From Azolla caroliniana (Eukaryota; Plantae; Polypodiophyta), in NCBI GenBank assembly GCA_043228905.1, contig JBHGNT010000008.1:10788001-10852000 (forward strand): DNA of 64,000 bases, given 5' to 3'. Below are positions 37,401 through 50,377 of this stretch, piece by piece. A program made the translations under genes and the position numbers. Position 1 is the stretch's first letter, and each line of letters starts with the position of its first letter. The notes under the pieces are model-generated. The model saw nothing but the letters and a program-made list of their open reading frames with translations. It was not told the origin of the DNA and made no database searches.

Positions 37401-40400
37401 GAGAAATGCCGTAACTTGTCAAGACCAAGAGGTTTTGTGAAGATGTCGGCATCAATCGAAACATGCACCAATTCGACTTCACCGGAGAGGACACGCTCAC
37501 AGACAAAATGGTAGTGCACCTCAATGTGCTTGGTTCGGGCGTGGAATACGGGGTTCTTCGCTAGGTGGATACTGCTAAGGTTGTCATAATAGATCGTTGT
37601 CGGATCAGACACCTCTACCTGTAGATCCCGTAATAGCCGTTTTAGCCAAATGACTTCGCATGCAGCGACAGTCGCCCCTCGATACTCGGCCTCCGTGCTT
37701 GACAATGCTATTGTTGGCTTCTTCTTACTGCTCCGTGAGATCGCCGCACTTCCCAATGAGAATGTGTATCCAGAGGTGGATCGACGATCATGGGCATTTC
37801 CAGCCCAATCGGCATCTGTGTAGCCAACTAATTGTTTGGCTACGCCTGCTCGATATAGCAATGACATGTCTTTCGTGCTTCTTACATATAGCAATATCCT
37901 TTGTGAGCACTGAAAGTGTTCGGCCGTAGGCTGCGACATAAATTGACTGATTAAGCCGACCGGGTAGCTAAGATCCGACCGAGTAATTGTCAAATAGATA
38001 AGGCTTCCGACAATCTATCGGAACCGTGTCGGGTCGCACGCCTTGCCCGAATCTGGGCAAAGCTTGACGTTTCTATCTAGAGGGGTCGAGATGGGCTTAT
38101 AGTTTGCCATCCCGAACTTGAAGAGCATATTCAGAACGTAATGACGTTGGCTGATCAATATGCCTTCAAGGGTACGAATCACTTCAATCCCGAGGAAGTA
38201 ATGAAGGTGTTCAAGATCCTTCATTTCAAACGATGCCGCAAGCTGAGACTTCACGCGGCAGATTTTGTCAAGGTCGGCACCGGCGATGACTAAATCATCA
38301 ACGTACAGGAGTAGGCTGACCGGTCCATATTGACCTTGCCGAGCAAATAGAGAAGAGTCTGATTTCGACGGCGCAAACCCCATCCTACGCAACTGTTGCG
38401 TAATCTTTGCGTTCCAAGCTCGCGGGGTTTGCTTTAGTCCGTATAAGGACTTCTTCAATTGGCAAATTGCCGAGATGTTTTGTCTAGATAGAAATCTGGG
38501 GGGTTGTACCATGTACACCTACGCCTCAAGATCACCTTCCAGGAACGCGTTCTTTACATCCATCTGATGTAATTGCCACCCCGAACGGTACTCATCTTCA
38601 CGACAGGCGCGAAGGTCTCGTCATAGTCCACTCCGTGCTTCTGCGCGTAGCCGTTCGCTACTAAACGGGCCTTGTAGCGGTTGACAGAGCCATCGGTGTT
38701 GTATTTCACCTTATACACCCATCTGCATCCGATCGGCTTCACACCTTCCGATGCGTCAACTAGGTCCCAGGTCTCATTTTCCGCCAATGCGCGCATCTCT
38801 TCCTCCATTGCGGCAGGCCAATTCGCGTCCTTCGCCACTTCTGCGTAGCTCTCCAGCTCACGCACTTCCGCTACACGCGTCATGTATGCGTAATGGTGCG
38901 CCGCGATGTGGGCGTAATGCGGGATCCAGGTGTGGTAGAACGTGCAAGCTCCCAAGAACCTCTGGACATCCGTAATCGACTCGCAGTCTTCCTTCATCGC
39001 GGAGATGGCTTCTACCTTGGTTGGAGATGGCTTCTACCTTGGTTGGAGATGGTTTACGGCCATAAGGCCCGCACAGGTGTCCGACGACCATGATTTCGGA
39101 TTGTCCGAAAGCCTGTTTCTCCTCGGAGAAGGTGAACCATGCGCCCTATAGCCTTTGCAGCACCTTCTTGCAGTCGCCAATGGGGTCTGCGACGAATTTC
39201 CGACACCCATCCGATCCAATCATTTCGTCCCTATCTCCCACCGGACATCCCTTGATCAGGATGTCATCCAAGAAGGGCATGGTAATGTCCAGGATACAGT
39301 CTCTTAGCACCTTATTCATCGCATTCACCATGTGCACTACCGAGTTCGTCCCTCCTTGCGGAAGGGTAGACATGCGCACTAGGCCGAGAGGAGTCCACAT
39401 CATCGTAATATCCCTTCTCTCTATGGCTAGCTGGAATTGGTTGTACCCCGAGTACAAATCCCCGACCGAGTAAATCGACCTTTCGGCGAAGGCCTCCGCG
39501 AACTCCTCAATGGTCGGTCTGATTCCAGCATTCCGAATGGTCACCTTGTTGACTGGCTGTAGGTCCTAAATGAGGCGCAACATGCCATTCTTCTTCGGCA
39601 CGGTAAACCATTGATTTGAATACGGGGCACTCGACGGCTCAAGGATGCGCATCTTCACCTTCTGCGTCAGTAGCTCCATCAACTTCGGGATGTGAGCTCT
39701 GGGTACTAGAATCGGCTTGAGATTCCACAGTACATGCAGTACTGTGAAGATAACCATTAGTTCAACGACCGTCGGTCGGGTCTACCCGATCTCCTCCGGC
39801 GAAAATGCGAAGACCTTCCCGTGCCTCCCGAGCATTCTCCGAAACCGTTCCTCCTCTACCGACAGTAGAAAGCCACCCCCACTGACCTTGAGCTCCCGTA
39901 GCGTTATGTTGGTGAACCAATGTCCTATGCCGGCCGGATCTCGTAAACTTGGGTCCGACGCGACCCCTTTCATCCGTAACTCGCTGCCCTCTGGCAAGGG
40001 TGCCGCGACTGGCCTCACCTTCCGGTCCACAATCTTGTACCTTGTACCCACACGGGCCGTTCGATCCGACTTGAACCCTTTCCCAAAGTCGGCGATGACT
40101 TCGTACATCCGTTCCGAACTAACCGGAATCGTCCGATTTTCACTAAGGCCTTCGAGCACGTTCCTCAGATCTCCCAAGGTGTCGTCGAAAGAGACCGCCT
40201 CCATGGTGCTGCCTATCACTTCGTCGGGGCCTAGGACTCTGCACACCCTGAGACATTCCTCCAGCCGTTTCTTCTTCCGGCCGCTAATGCCGGTTATTGT
40301 ACAGCCTCCGTTCTCGAAGAACCAGAATTTCCTATCTGTTGTACAAGGTTTCCTTCCTATGGTACACTTGTGGGGTTTTTCCGGGGTGTCCGGATTATTG

Positions 40401-41376
40401 CGGCCCCACGCCTTGATAGCCCTCTCTAAAAATCCCCTCGACCTTCACCGACAAGGGTCTCGCGGTTGTGATCGTGGTTCAGTCACACCGTTAGAAATTG
40501 GACAGAGTGCCGCCTATCTTGGCTCTTCACTCATGCATACGCCGAACCGTTATCCAACACCTTCGTCTCTATGCGTGCCCCCGTGATGTACGGTTCGCCG
40601 AGGATCACCGGGTGCGAGGATGTCTCTTCCACGAAGAAGTGCTAATCAATCTCGACATCGCCGATCTTCCACGGAGGAACTGCATGGGTAGGCCCCATGC
40701 AGTTCCTCCGTGGCACGCGTCGCCGCTTGTATTTTCTACTTGTGCTTGGTGTTGATCGGCCACTGACCCTTCTTGTAGAAGTCCATGGACATCAGGTTGA
40801 TCTCCAAACCATGGTCTACCAACGCCTCCACCGGCTCCTGGACGTCTTTGATCTAAATGGGGGTCTCCATAGTGGCTCTAGCCCAATGCAACCTCAAATA
40901 GTGGCTTTCTGCCAACTCGTCCTCCAGGGCCATATCTTCCAGGTGCGTTGTTTGCACCTCCACCGGCTTCTCCGGCTTCGGTTCCGTCGAAAGCCATTTC
41001 TGCTTCACCAAGTCCATGATGGAGTCGTGGAACTCCTTCTTGGCAATCTCGAGCACTTCACTTAACGACAGCTCCACCTTGTTGTCGAGGATTTGTTCCT
41101 CCAGAACCTTTCATAGATCCGTCGTCCTTTCTATCTCGGTGCTCAGCCAGTAACCGGCCTTCTTTGTCTTGTCCGGTGTGCTAGTGGTATCGGCGTCATT
41201 CTGCTTCAACCCGAACCGGGTCTCGTACCGCTGCGAGGGTCCGACCCCTCCAGCTTTTCCCGCATGCTTGTCCTCTACCAGAACCTCGTAGTTCTGGCAC
41301 GCGTCTTTCACGAAGCCGTTCTTTCCCTCCACCGGGTCGTCCCACCCGGTGACCTCTCGAACCCATCTTTCCACGT

Positions 41377-44300
41377 TGTCGCGTGTGCGTGTAGAAGGGG
41401 TGGGACCACGGGGGCCTTGGACGAGAGAGACATGGAGTATGGAAGGTTGAGCCTCACTTCTTCCCGCGACCGGCCAAGACACCAACCAGAGCGTTTCCGG
41501 ATACGTACAGGGAGCAACCGTATGGGACAGGGAAAAGGGCGCGCACACAACACTTACTAGGCACACGCATCCTATGTACAGAAACCAGAAAGAAGGAACT
41601 CCAAAGACACCGACAAAGACACAGATGCATAGAACTTCACTATATATATATATATATATATACAAGAGAAAGATACAACTCCGGCTCCGAGCCGGACTGA
41701 GGTAGGCTAGGTCACAACAGCAATCTGCCGCCAATCCGCCGTCGAGGAGCTCTCAAGCTCGTCACGCTGAGCGGGGTCTTGCACAGGAGGCCGAGTAGGA
41801 GTAGCCCCATAGAACATCCAAGCTCTTCACCAAGCTGAAACCCTAAACAGACACGAAGAAGAAGACCTCAAAGAACTCTAAAGTGAGAAGAAGAAGAACT
41901 AACACACCTTCGACCTAAGTGGTATACCCTCCTAACTCAAAATGGACAATTCCTTCACAAGAGGCACTCCCTTCCTTTTATAGAACAAGGAGAGGGATGC
42001 ATTACAATGTGGGATAAATATTCCCCCATATTCTATACACCATTTCCTACTATACATATGCATATGTTGCATGCCACAGACTCGCCTCGCCCTATTCCAC
42101 CCCAGTTTCACACTATAGCCGAAATTCTTCACGACATCCGCCCCCACCAAACCGCACGTCCACCGGTACGTGCCAAATTCGAAAAAGGGGAGAGATTCCG
42201 GCCAGTGAGAAACCGGTCTTCTGTAATCCGCGTTTCGGCTGCCGCGTCGGCCTCGTCGGTATGAACCGTCGCCTTCGATTCCTCCTCACGCTTGCCTCTT
42301 CGTAGGCTCACTCGACCCGTCAATAGGTCCCTGCCGCGATTCTGTAGTGCGCGTGCTTCCCCGTTAGGTCTTCTGTTGACCCCATGCACACCCCTCGTTC
42401 CTTCGGTTACGCAGTATCCTCCGTCCGAGGAGCACCCGTGATGGCCTGCTTGGCCTCCGTCGACCTTCGCATTGTCCCGGTTCTCGTCCCGCGCCGATCT
42501 CCATCGCCTTCGTCCCCTCACCACCACCTTCCATTACCCTCGATCTCACGTTGCCATGTCAGCCAAACAGTCGGGATCTCCGGGCAGGTGTGAAGGATCC
42601 TTCTCAGGCCTCCATTTTGTTGGGTCATCGACTCTTGTACCAAGCGCGTCTGATCTTTGTCTTGCCGACTTTGCCGGTTGGGTCCGTATCCGGTTCATGG
42701 CCTCATACCTCCTTTCGCTCTGCTTTCCGTCGTCCGATCACGTTCACATGCCTCCACCGTCCATTCCTATAGGACTCACGCCGGCACTCGGGCCGACCGC
42801 CGTATCGGTGTGAGGATCTTCATGGGACCTCCCCTTCTGCCTTCCATAGCCCGCCTTGCCGCCGCTACCGTTCCTTACTCTAGGTCTCACGCCGGCTCTC
42901 GGGCCGACTGCCGGAGTGTCTCGAAGCAGTGTCTGTAAGGTCACGGCAGCACCGCTTGCTGTCTTCTTCCGTCCTCTTCTGTTGGTCACATTCACCAGCC
43001 GCCACCAATCTCTCCTATAGGACTCACGTCGGCACTCGACCCAACCGTCGGATCAGTGTGAGGATCTTCGTGGGTCCTCCCCTTCTACCTTCGGTTGCCC
43101 GCCTTGCCTCCGCCACTGTTCCTTCCTCTAGGTCTCACGCCAGCTCTTGGGCCGACCGCCGGAGTGTCTCAAACCGGTGTGTGTAAGGTCGCGGCAACAT
43201 CGTTTGTCGTCTTCCCGACCTCCGCGTCGGCCTCTTCGGTTGGTCACGTTCCCCTGCCGCCACCGATCTCTCCTATACGACTCACATCGGCACTCGGGCC
43301 AACCATCGGATCGGAATGAGGATCTCCGCAAACCGCCCATCCTTTCCCTTCGCCTTCGTCCCCTCGCCGCCACTGTTCACCATTCTAGGTCTCACTCCGG
43401 CTCTTGGCTGACCGCCAGAGTCTCTAGAACCGGTGTGAAGGATCCTCCTCGAGCTCGTTGTATTTTGAACCCTTATCTCAGGTCACCCTTCTCCACAAGT
43501 CGAGAGGGTGGCTCGCTCCACACCCTCTCCCGTGGTACCGACGTACCGTGTTTCTGGCCTCTTTGTAGGCCTGCTCTCACCCCTTCTTCCAGATCGTCTA
43601 TCCGAAGTCCGCTCTGCCCGGTTCTCGTCCAGGTCCGTCCGTTATTCTCAGGATTGCCGGGTCCCGTTCTCCTGCCGCTACCGTTCTCTCCTATAGGACT
43701 TGCATCGGCACTCGGGCCGACCGCCGGATCGGTGTGAGGATCTCCGTAGGACTGGTCTTTGTTCTCTGCTTTTTCCCTTGTACTTCTCCCGAACTCGTCA
43801 TCGCTCTCCTTGTTGTGTTCCTGCCTCCATCTTCCATCTCTTTCGGTCTCACGTTGCCATGTTGGCTCGAACTGCCGAAGTCTCCGGTCAAGATGTGGGG
43901 ACTCCGATTTCATAACAACTCCCGACGACTCATCCAGGCCACCGACCCTGTTAGTGGTGTCGGTGGAAAGCATGCGCTCTATGATCGATCAAGCCCCGCC
44001 TGGGCTTGATTCTCCGATGTCCGAAGTTTTGGCTCCGATGTTGATCCTGCCGGACTTGTTCTGTACCCTCGATCATTTCCCTTTCATTTCTCGACCTTCG
44101 CCTGGTCGATCGTTCTTTGGCCCCGGTCGAACAATCCACAACCGGATCGCGCTCCACCCGAATCAGAGTGCCGCGCGGTTCGGTCCCCGGTCGGGTCGTC
44201 TCATGGTCTCTTCGTCAACCTTCTCGCGGGCCATCTCCCATCCATCTTCGCTGGCATCGTGCCAGGACTCCTCGATACTGTCATCCTTCTCCTCGGTCTC

Positions 44301-45014
44301 ACATGGGCATCAAGGCCCGAATGCCGAGTTCTCCGGAATTGGTTCCAAGGGCTTTTCTTCGTTCCTTCCTTGTGTCATCTCGGCCGTGATTCTCGGTCTC
44401 ACGCCACCACCTTCCTCCTCTTGGGACTCACGTGGGCACTCAGGCCCGACTGCCATCGTCTCAGGAGCAAGTGTGGGGAGATGCGAAGAATGGCCTGTCC
44501 GTTTTTCGCCCTTGTCCGTAGCCACCGGCTCCTCGTGGCCGGTGGTTGTCCCCTTTCCAATCGCGCAAGCCCCCGCCTGGGCTTGCTCCTTCACTTCCGA
44601 GTGCATATGGCCGACAGAAGAACTCTAGCCTCAACGCCTCGTCTACGTCTCACGCCTCCATTTCCGTGTTGTAGGCTTCAAAGTAGAATGGGACCTTGTC
44701 CCCGTTGAAACGGCCGACTCTTTCGACCACTAGCTCAACCGCTTGTTGCGCCGACTCTCGTCTTGCTATTGCTCGTCCAAACTCCCTCACCGCTTCGACA
44801 AAAAGTTGCGCGAAGTCGTCTTCTTCCAACTCCATTCTCCCTTGCCGCCCTTCACGTCGGGTTCACCAAATATGTCGCGTTATTACGCGCGTGCGTGTAG
44901 AAGGGGCGGGACCACGGGGGTCTCGGACGAGAGAGAGACGGAGTAAGGAAGGTCGAGCCTCACTTCTTCCCGTGACCGGCCAAGACACCAACCAAAGCGT
45001 TTCCAGATACGTAC
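41377..45014 (-). mobile_element. Non-autonomous gypsy-derived element J (E group)
   Basis: 3' LTR 41377-42136; PPT (GGGGGCGGA) about 42137-42145; truncated 5' LTR 44873-45014; perfect Trp PBS TGGTGAACCCGACGTGAA 44851-44868; only a gag N-terminal stub (44650-44835), with no PR, RT or INT. Confidence 0.85.
42740..43760. repeat. Degenerate repeats of about 250 bp with sub-repeat AGGNCTCACGCCGGCNCTCGGGCCGACCGCCGG inside J
   Basis: Motif recurs near 42771, 42881, 43019, 43129, 43277, 43386 and 43695. Confidence 0.8.
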
Positions 45015-47309
45015 GGCCGCACGCTGCACGCCGGCGAGGCCTTCTAGCACCAACGGCCACCACCAACGGCCAAAACCTGGAGTCCTTCGTCCTCCAGCCT
45101 TCATCACTCCCGATCCGGATTCCTACCAATGCCGAGTAGTGGATGGTCTCCGCATGGCGCGCCGCCACGTCTTCCATCAGTCGCTTCATTCCGCCGCGTC
45201 CGATGTTCAACTCTAGGGCTCTCCGGGTCTCGCTAGCATACACTCACCCGTTCCACAAGTACACCACGTTAGCGTTGAGCGCTTCCCGAAGTCCCCGAAG
45301 TCCCCGCAGTCCTTTCGGATGTGACTGACTGCGTCACACCACAAGCACCGATGCCCAGCCGGACGCCTTCGGTCGCGAGGTTGCTCGCCATCGTCCCTCC
45401 TTGCCTGTGCAATCTGGAGGTCTCGTATCATCTGTGCAGCTCTTCCAGAGTCGCTCCTCCGGACGGGCCTTTGACCACGTTGATATATGTCGCGCCTGTC
45501 TCGAGCCAATCCCGGGTTTCCTCCCTTCGTGCCGGCGGGGGTCCCTTGAGCTTTCTTGCCGCAACAAATCCCGCCCCCGATGAACCCTTGTCGCCCCACT
45601 CAGGTCGTTTGTCGAAACGGCCGCAGACTCTTTTCACCACAACCCAATCAGTCATCAGGCTATCGTCTGTCTCCAGCAGGAGACCCACTTGCTCCCGATC
45701 CTGCACGTCCACAGCCTTTACGAACAATAGAACCCGGCTCGTATCTAGTATGGTCCTGTCCAATGCTGAGAGTCGTGCAAAGCGTTCCTCAAACTCCCAG
45801 AGGAGCATCTACGCATTTCTCCTCTTTTCGGGTGTCTCCACCCACTCCATGAAGTCCCGCTTCGATAGCCGAAGCGCGTCATCAAGCTCATACTTCTCAA
45901 GGAGCGGACCTTCGAATTCTTCCCAAGTCCGGCACTCAGCCCGCACCTCGAGCACCTCCGCATGGATGCCCGACATTGCCACCCGAGGGAATCCGGCCAG
46001 CAGCCTGTCCTCCAGAATGTCCCTCATTACCATTTCAGCTTGGTAGGCCTCCAGATGGCTCGTGGCGTCCTTCCCACCGAACTAGCCTATTGTACCAACA
46101 ATTGCTTCGATGGCCCTGTCGAGGGCGCCTGTGCCCTCACGCGCACTCACTATCCGATCAACGGCAGAAGCTATGGCTTCCGCAAGCTCCGATCCCCTCA
46201 TCTTTTGATTCCTTTGCCGCCTTGTTTCACATCGGGTTCACCAAATAATGTCGTGTTGTTCCGCTCATGCGGGAGAGACTAAGGCGGAACCGCGGGGGCC
46301 TTGAACCGAGGAATAACCGAACAGAGGGTGGAGCGACGAAAGAACAATGGCCGAGCCACACACACACTTAAATACACAGAGATCTCAACTGATTCAACAA
46401 TGGAAAACAAGACGAATATATATATATATATATATATATATGATTAGGGTTACAACTAGCAAGCCGATGAGCGACAACGCTCTAACACTCACACGCACAC
46501 ACCAAAACGCGAGATGGAGACTCTGCTAGAAGCACTCGGGCTTTCCACGAAGTAGAGGCAGCCTCCCAAAAACCTGCAGAGAGCAACAATAGAGAAAGAC
46601 AGAGGAGAAGAGCTCGGTCCCAGTTCGACAACACTTCGTCCTCCCCAGAACGCATACGAGGAAGTACCGACCACCTTGTACCTGTTTCCGACTGTAATCC
46701 CTCAGCCGATTTTGTCTCTAGTGTCTTCATAACAGAACCCGTACGAGGACGTTTACAACCGACTGGTGTATTCGAACCAGACGATATTCATTCGTCTTGT
46801 TTTCTGCTATGTGCAAATATAGCCGAGTGTGCCAAAATTATACCGTGTTGTTCGGTTGACAATTGCTATTTTGCCGACACGGTATAAGACGAACGTTCGT
46901 ACCGAATGTTCTATCAATAAGTTGTGTTTAAACGAATAGACACAAATGATCTATATACTTATCGGTGATAACAAACACCAAGATCGTGACTTATGTAATA
47001 TAGTTTAGACAGAAAGAACTAGATGGCAAGAAGCAATCTGTACATAGAGATTTCCTAACCAAACTTTCTATTACTAAATACAACGATACATTTTTACAAT
47101 GCCTTCGGTTCCTTTTATAGGTAACCCGAAGGTCTTTTCTCATCAAGAAATCCTACTGCCTATAATTAACAAGAATTACAAAACTTTGTAACTAACTATG
47201 TCCTATTCGGCCATCTACTGAGTCATCGATCCTAACTGTCAATTCGACTCCGACTCCGACTCCGAACATCTTTCCAATTCCGACACATCCATACTTGTCC
47301 GGGTAACAC

Positions 47310-50144
47310 TTGGCACGCCCGTGGGCCAGGACGTTGTCCGGCAAACCCACAGGAACCCATTACTCCTGCTGCTCTGAGGAAAGATCCTCCTCCATCTCCA
47401 AATCCTCGTCTGCATCGTCCTGCACAATGTCGAATAATGAGGGTTCTGCTTCTTGTGTTGCCACACCTTCCTCTTCTTCGTCTTCATCTTCGGTATCCTC
47501 CCCGTCATTGTTTTCCTATCAGGTTCCTTCGGTCGATGGTCTTGGCTCCGCTTCTGTTTCTGCTTCTGTATCTGCTTCCGGTGCCCCAAGTCCAGGTGTT
47601 TTGGTGACTCTTTTGGCTTCGATATTGTCTAACTCGACGGATGTCTCGACATCATGCTTGTCAAATTCCTGCATGATTCGGCTAATTTCTTCTTTAAAAT
47701 AAGCTGCCATGTTGAATAGGTCCTTAGCAATATCTTCCTGAACTGTGGTCGTTGCTTCCTCCAACATCTTGAGGAAGCCTTTGCCCTGAACTTTCCTATT
47801 TTCTCTGTCGGCTCTTAATAGTTGAAGCTCCGCGGCTTGTGCCAACCATGTTTTCCAACCCTTCTCCAACGATTCATTGACCAATTTTAGGGTGTTAATT
47901 CGGTGACATCTAATGATCGCTTGAACCCTGTCCTGAGTCATTCTAACCTCAAACTGTGTTGTTGCCAATGTTTTCCGTAAATCAATGATTACCGCATTGG
48001 TATGTCCTTCTGCCTGCATCAGTTTAGCTTGTGCCACCAAGAGGTCAAGTCGTCGTTTCTTGGAGAATGTTTGAATTTCTACACATCAGTTTTCCAGCTT
48101 CGCTTTCTCTTCATTCCAGTTGTTCTACTGCTGAATTATTTTTCCGTTGATTTTGTCTATCAGTTTGTCTTTACCAGCCAACTGTGTTGTAAAACAAGTC
48201 TCTTGGCTCTTGACATACTCTTCCAATTCCTCGACTTGTTGCCTTGTAGTTGCTTGCTGTTGGGCTAACTGTTGGCGTAAATCTTGTATTACATTATCCT
48301 TTTCCCCCAAACATCTGTCGGTCGTCGTTTTTGCCGACTATAATCGAGCCTCCATTTCCCTGAACCTGTCCTCAGTCCTTTCCGCCTTAATTTTTGCCTC
48401 TCTTCGTGCTTGTTCGGCTTGGTCCAACCTCTTTTGTAATTCCGAATCCGTCTCCAAAGGTTGTCTTTGTGACTCGGGCTGGAATATCTGTTCTCTCGCT
48501 TTTTCTAGAGGCACTTGTTCTTCTTGCAGTTTATTTTTCAATTGCTGATTTTCTGCCTACATCCGTTTATATTGTGCATTAATCACATATGTAGTTGTTG
48601 TAGCCTGTTTGTATAATTCGGCCATATCCCTGGCCGCTCTGCTAGCCTTTTCATATTCTCGGTGTACTTCCACCAGTGCCTCATGTAATGGTGGTATTTG
48701 AATGGCTTCACCTCTATTTTTAGCATGTTGTTGTCGACCAATTCTATCCACTTCTGCTTGCTCGTTTGGTTCGATAGCTCCACATAATGACTTTTGGATC
48801 ATTATTTGATCTCTGTCCTCTTGCGCCATTCTTTCCGACACTTCTTGCAGTCTTTTAGCTAACCATTCTACCAGTTCATATGATGTTCCGAACTGCAGAA
48901 TGGCAGCTAGCTCATGTGTTGTTGCCGAGATGTCGAAAAAACCAAGTGCCTCTTGCACCGTTGTCGTTGATGCCTGCCCTTTTTGAACTCGTGACGTGTC
49001 ATCTAGATTGACACGAGGTATTTGTGTGCTTTGGGTGGCTTGATCGTTAGTTCTCTTTTTCTTCTGCGCAGGTTGTTCTTGCTCTGGTCTAGAGTATCTT
49101 TGGGACCGTTGTTTCACCCTTCGTTGCTTCGGCCGTTGTTGGTCAATGTCGACTCATCTCGATTCTTGTTGCTGTGACGGTTGCTCGTCTATCGTCCCTC
49201 GTTGTTGCATCCTCTGTGGTTGAGACTCTAGCGGTTGAGTCGGCGATTGCTGGGTAGGTGCGAGTTGCGGTATCTACTGTTGAGACCGCGTCGACTATTA
49301 TTGTTCCAATTCTTGTTGGTGCCTTGGTTCCGGTTGGTCAAATTCGGTCTTAGTGGTATCGTCCTGCGTTGATTCTTCTTCCCTCCACTCTTCCCGTTGG
49401 ACTTGTCATTGGGTTCGGGATGACTATACTTGAGGCGGCCAACGCATCTCTGATCGGTTTTCTCACTCTGAAGTCGGAAATAATACCGATAACCAACGAG
49501 CAAAAATCGGCTTCATTGGTTTTCCTTTCTGAACTCCGTTCAATTGCTCTCTCAAAGCATCTGCCGATAGTATCCCCCAATTGAAAGCTTCGCCTTCATA
49601 AGCGGCGATAATAAATCTGGCCCTCTTTTTGGGCATATAGTAGAATCTGGGACTAACAAACCCTACTTCCAATAAAAAGTTTGCAACTTCATGAAAAAAC
49701 ACGTCCTTACCTCCTTGTGTCTGATAAGCTTTGGTAGAGGGCGAATATTCACTAAAATAGGACCGCAAAACATCCTCTGTGACCTTGTTGACAATGTCGA
49801 ACCCGCCTCCTGGCATCTCCAACACGGCCCCTTACCTTCTTATTTGTGATCGTCGACACATCGATTTCTGCCAACAAAGCTTCCGCGTTCAGGTGCGGCT
49901 CTATTTCTACGATTTTCAAAAATCCCTGTAACTTATTGCGAATGAGCCAGCGGCACAAGTTGTTAGATACGACAATCGGCATGTTGTCGTCGTCGATTAA
50001 CAGCTCGTCACTCAGTGATGCCTGTGAGAAATGTTGTGGGCTATGGCGACAAAAATCAGAAAACCTATGAGCTCGAATGCGTTTCTGTTTCTGTGGTGAA
50101 ACAGTCATTACAGAAATAGTTTTTAAGAGATTAATTTTTTGCAT
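47310..50144 (-). pseudogene. Extra ORF 3' of pol in I (about 900 aa when joined: globular N-domain, Q-rich linker, long coiled coil, acidic tail)
   Basis: Consecutive same-strand ORF pieces 49752-50144, 49463-49825, 48557-49117, 48338-48541, 48125-48310 and 47519-48040, separated by single stops or frameshifts. Confidence 0.72.
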
Positions 50145-50377
50145 GATGCATAGGGAATAAAAGTACTATTAATGTTGTAATGACTAGGCATACTAGTGGA
50201 GTGATGGCCAGAAATAGTAATAATGACTAATAGAAATATGCCTCCACTACTTTTACTTATAGCCTTTTGAAATTACTCCAAGAATCTCTTCGTGAGAGTT
50301 AGTTATGATTTAGCAAGAAAATATTCTATAGTTAGTTTTTTTTTTTTTTAATAGTCTTTTTTTTTCTCTTTTTTTTT

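Larger units (their letters stand above)
26933..38900 (-). mobile_element. C-family copia H (3' LTR 26933-27083 plus 36551-36814, RT-RH 36815-38900), 5'-truncated; LTR split by G
   Basis: The LTR halves rejoin around G's TSD; ORFs 36809-37993, 38015-38518 and 38554-38900 carry RT and RH motifs. Confidence 0.88.
38901..46734 (-). mobile_element. Gypsy element E (5' LTR 46249-46734, Trp PBS 46226-46243, gag, PR, RT), split by J and 3'-truncated
   Basis: gag ORFs 45200-46200 with CLWCDAVSHIRKDC; PR about 40500-41080; RT LPQGGTNS, PFLDD, VQRFLGAC; PBS TGGTGAACCCGATGTGAA. Confidence 0.88.

Noticed and set aside
39001-39052. 22-bp tandem duplication in the RT of E
   Set aside because: Ordinary slippage mutation in a dead element.
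43759-44628. 289-aa plus-strand ORF
   Set aside because: Ser/Pro-rich antisense frame of GC-rich TE DNA with no recognisable motif.
44851-44868. tRNA-Trp gene
   Set aside because: Only the 3' 18 nt including CCA are present next to an LTR, so it is a PBS.
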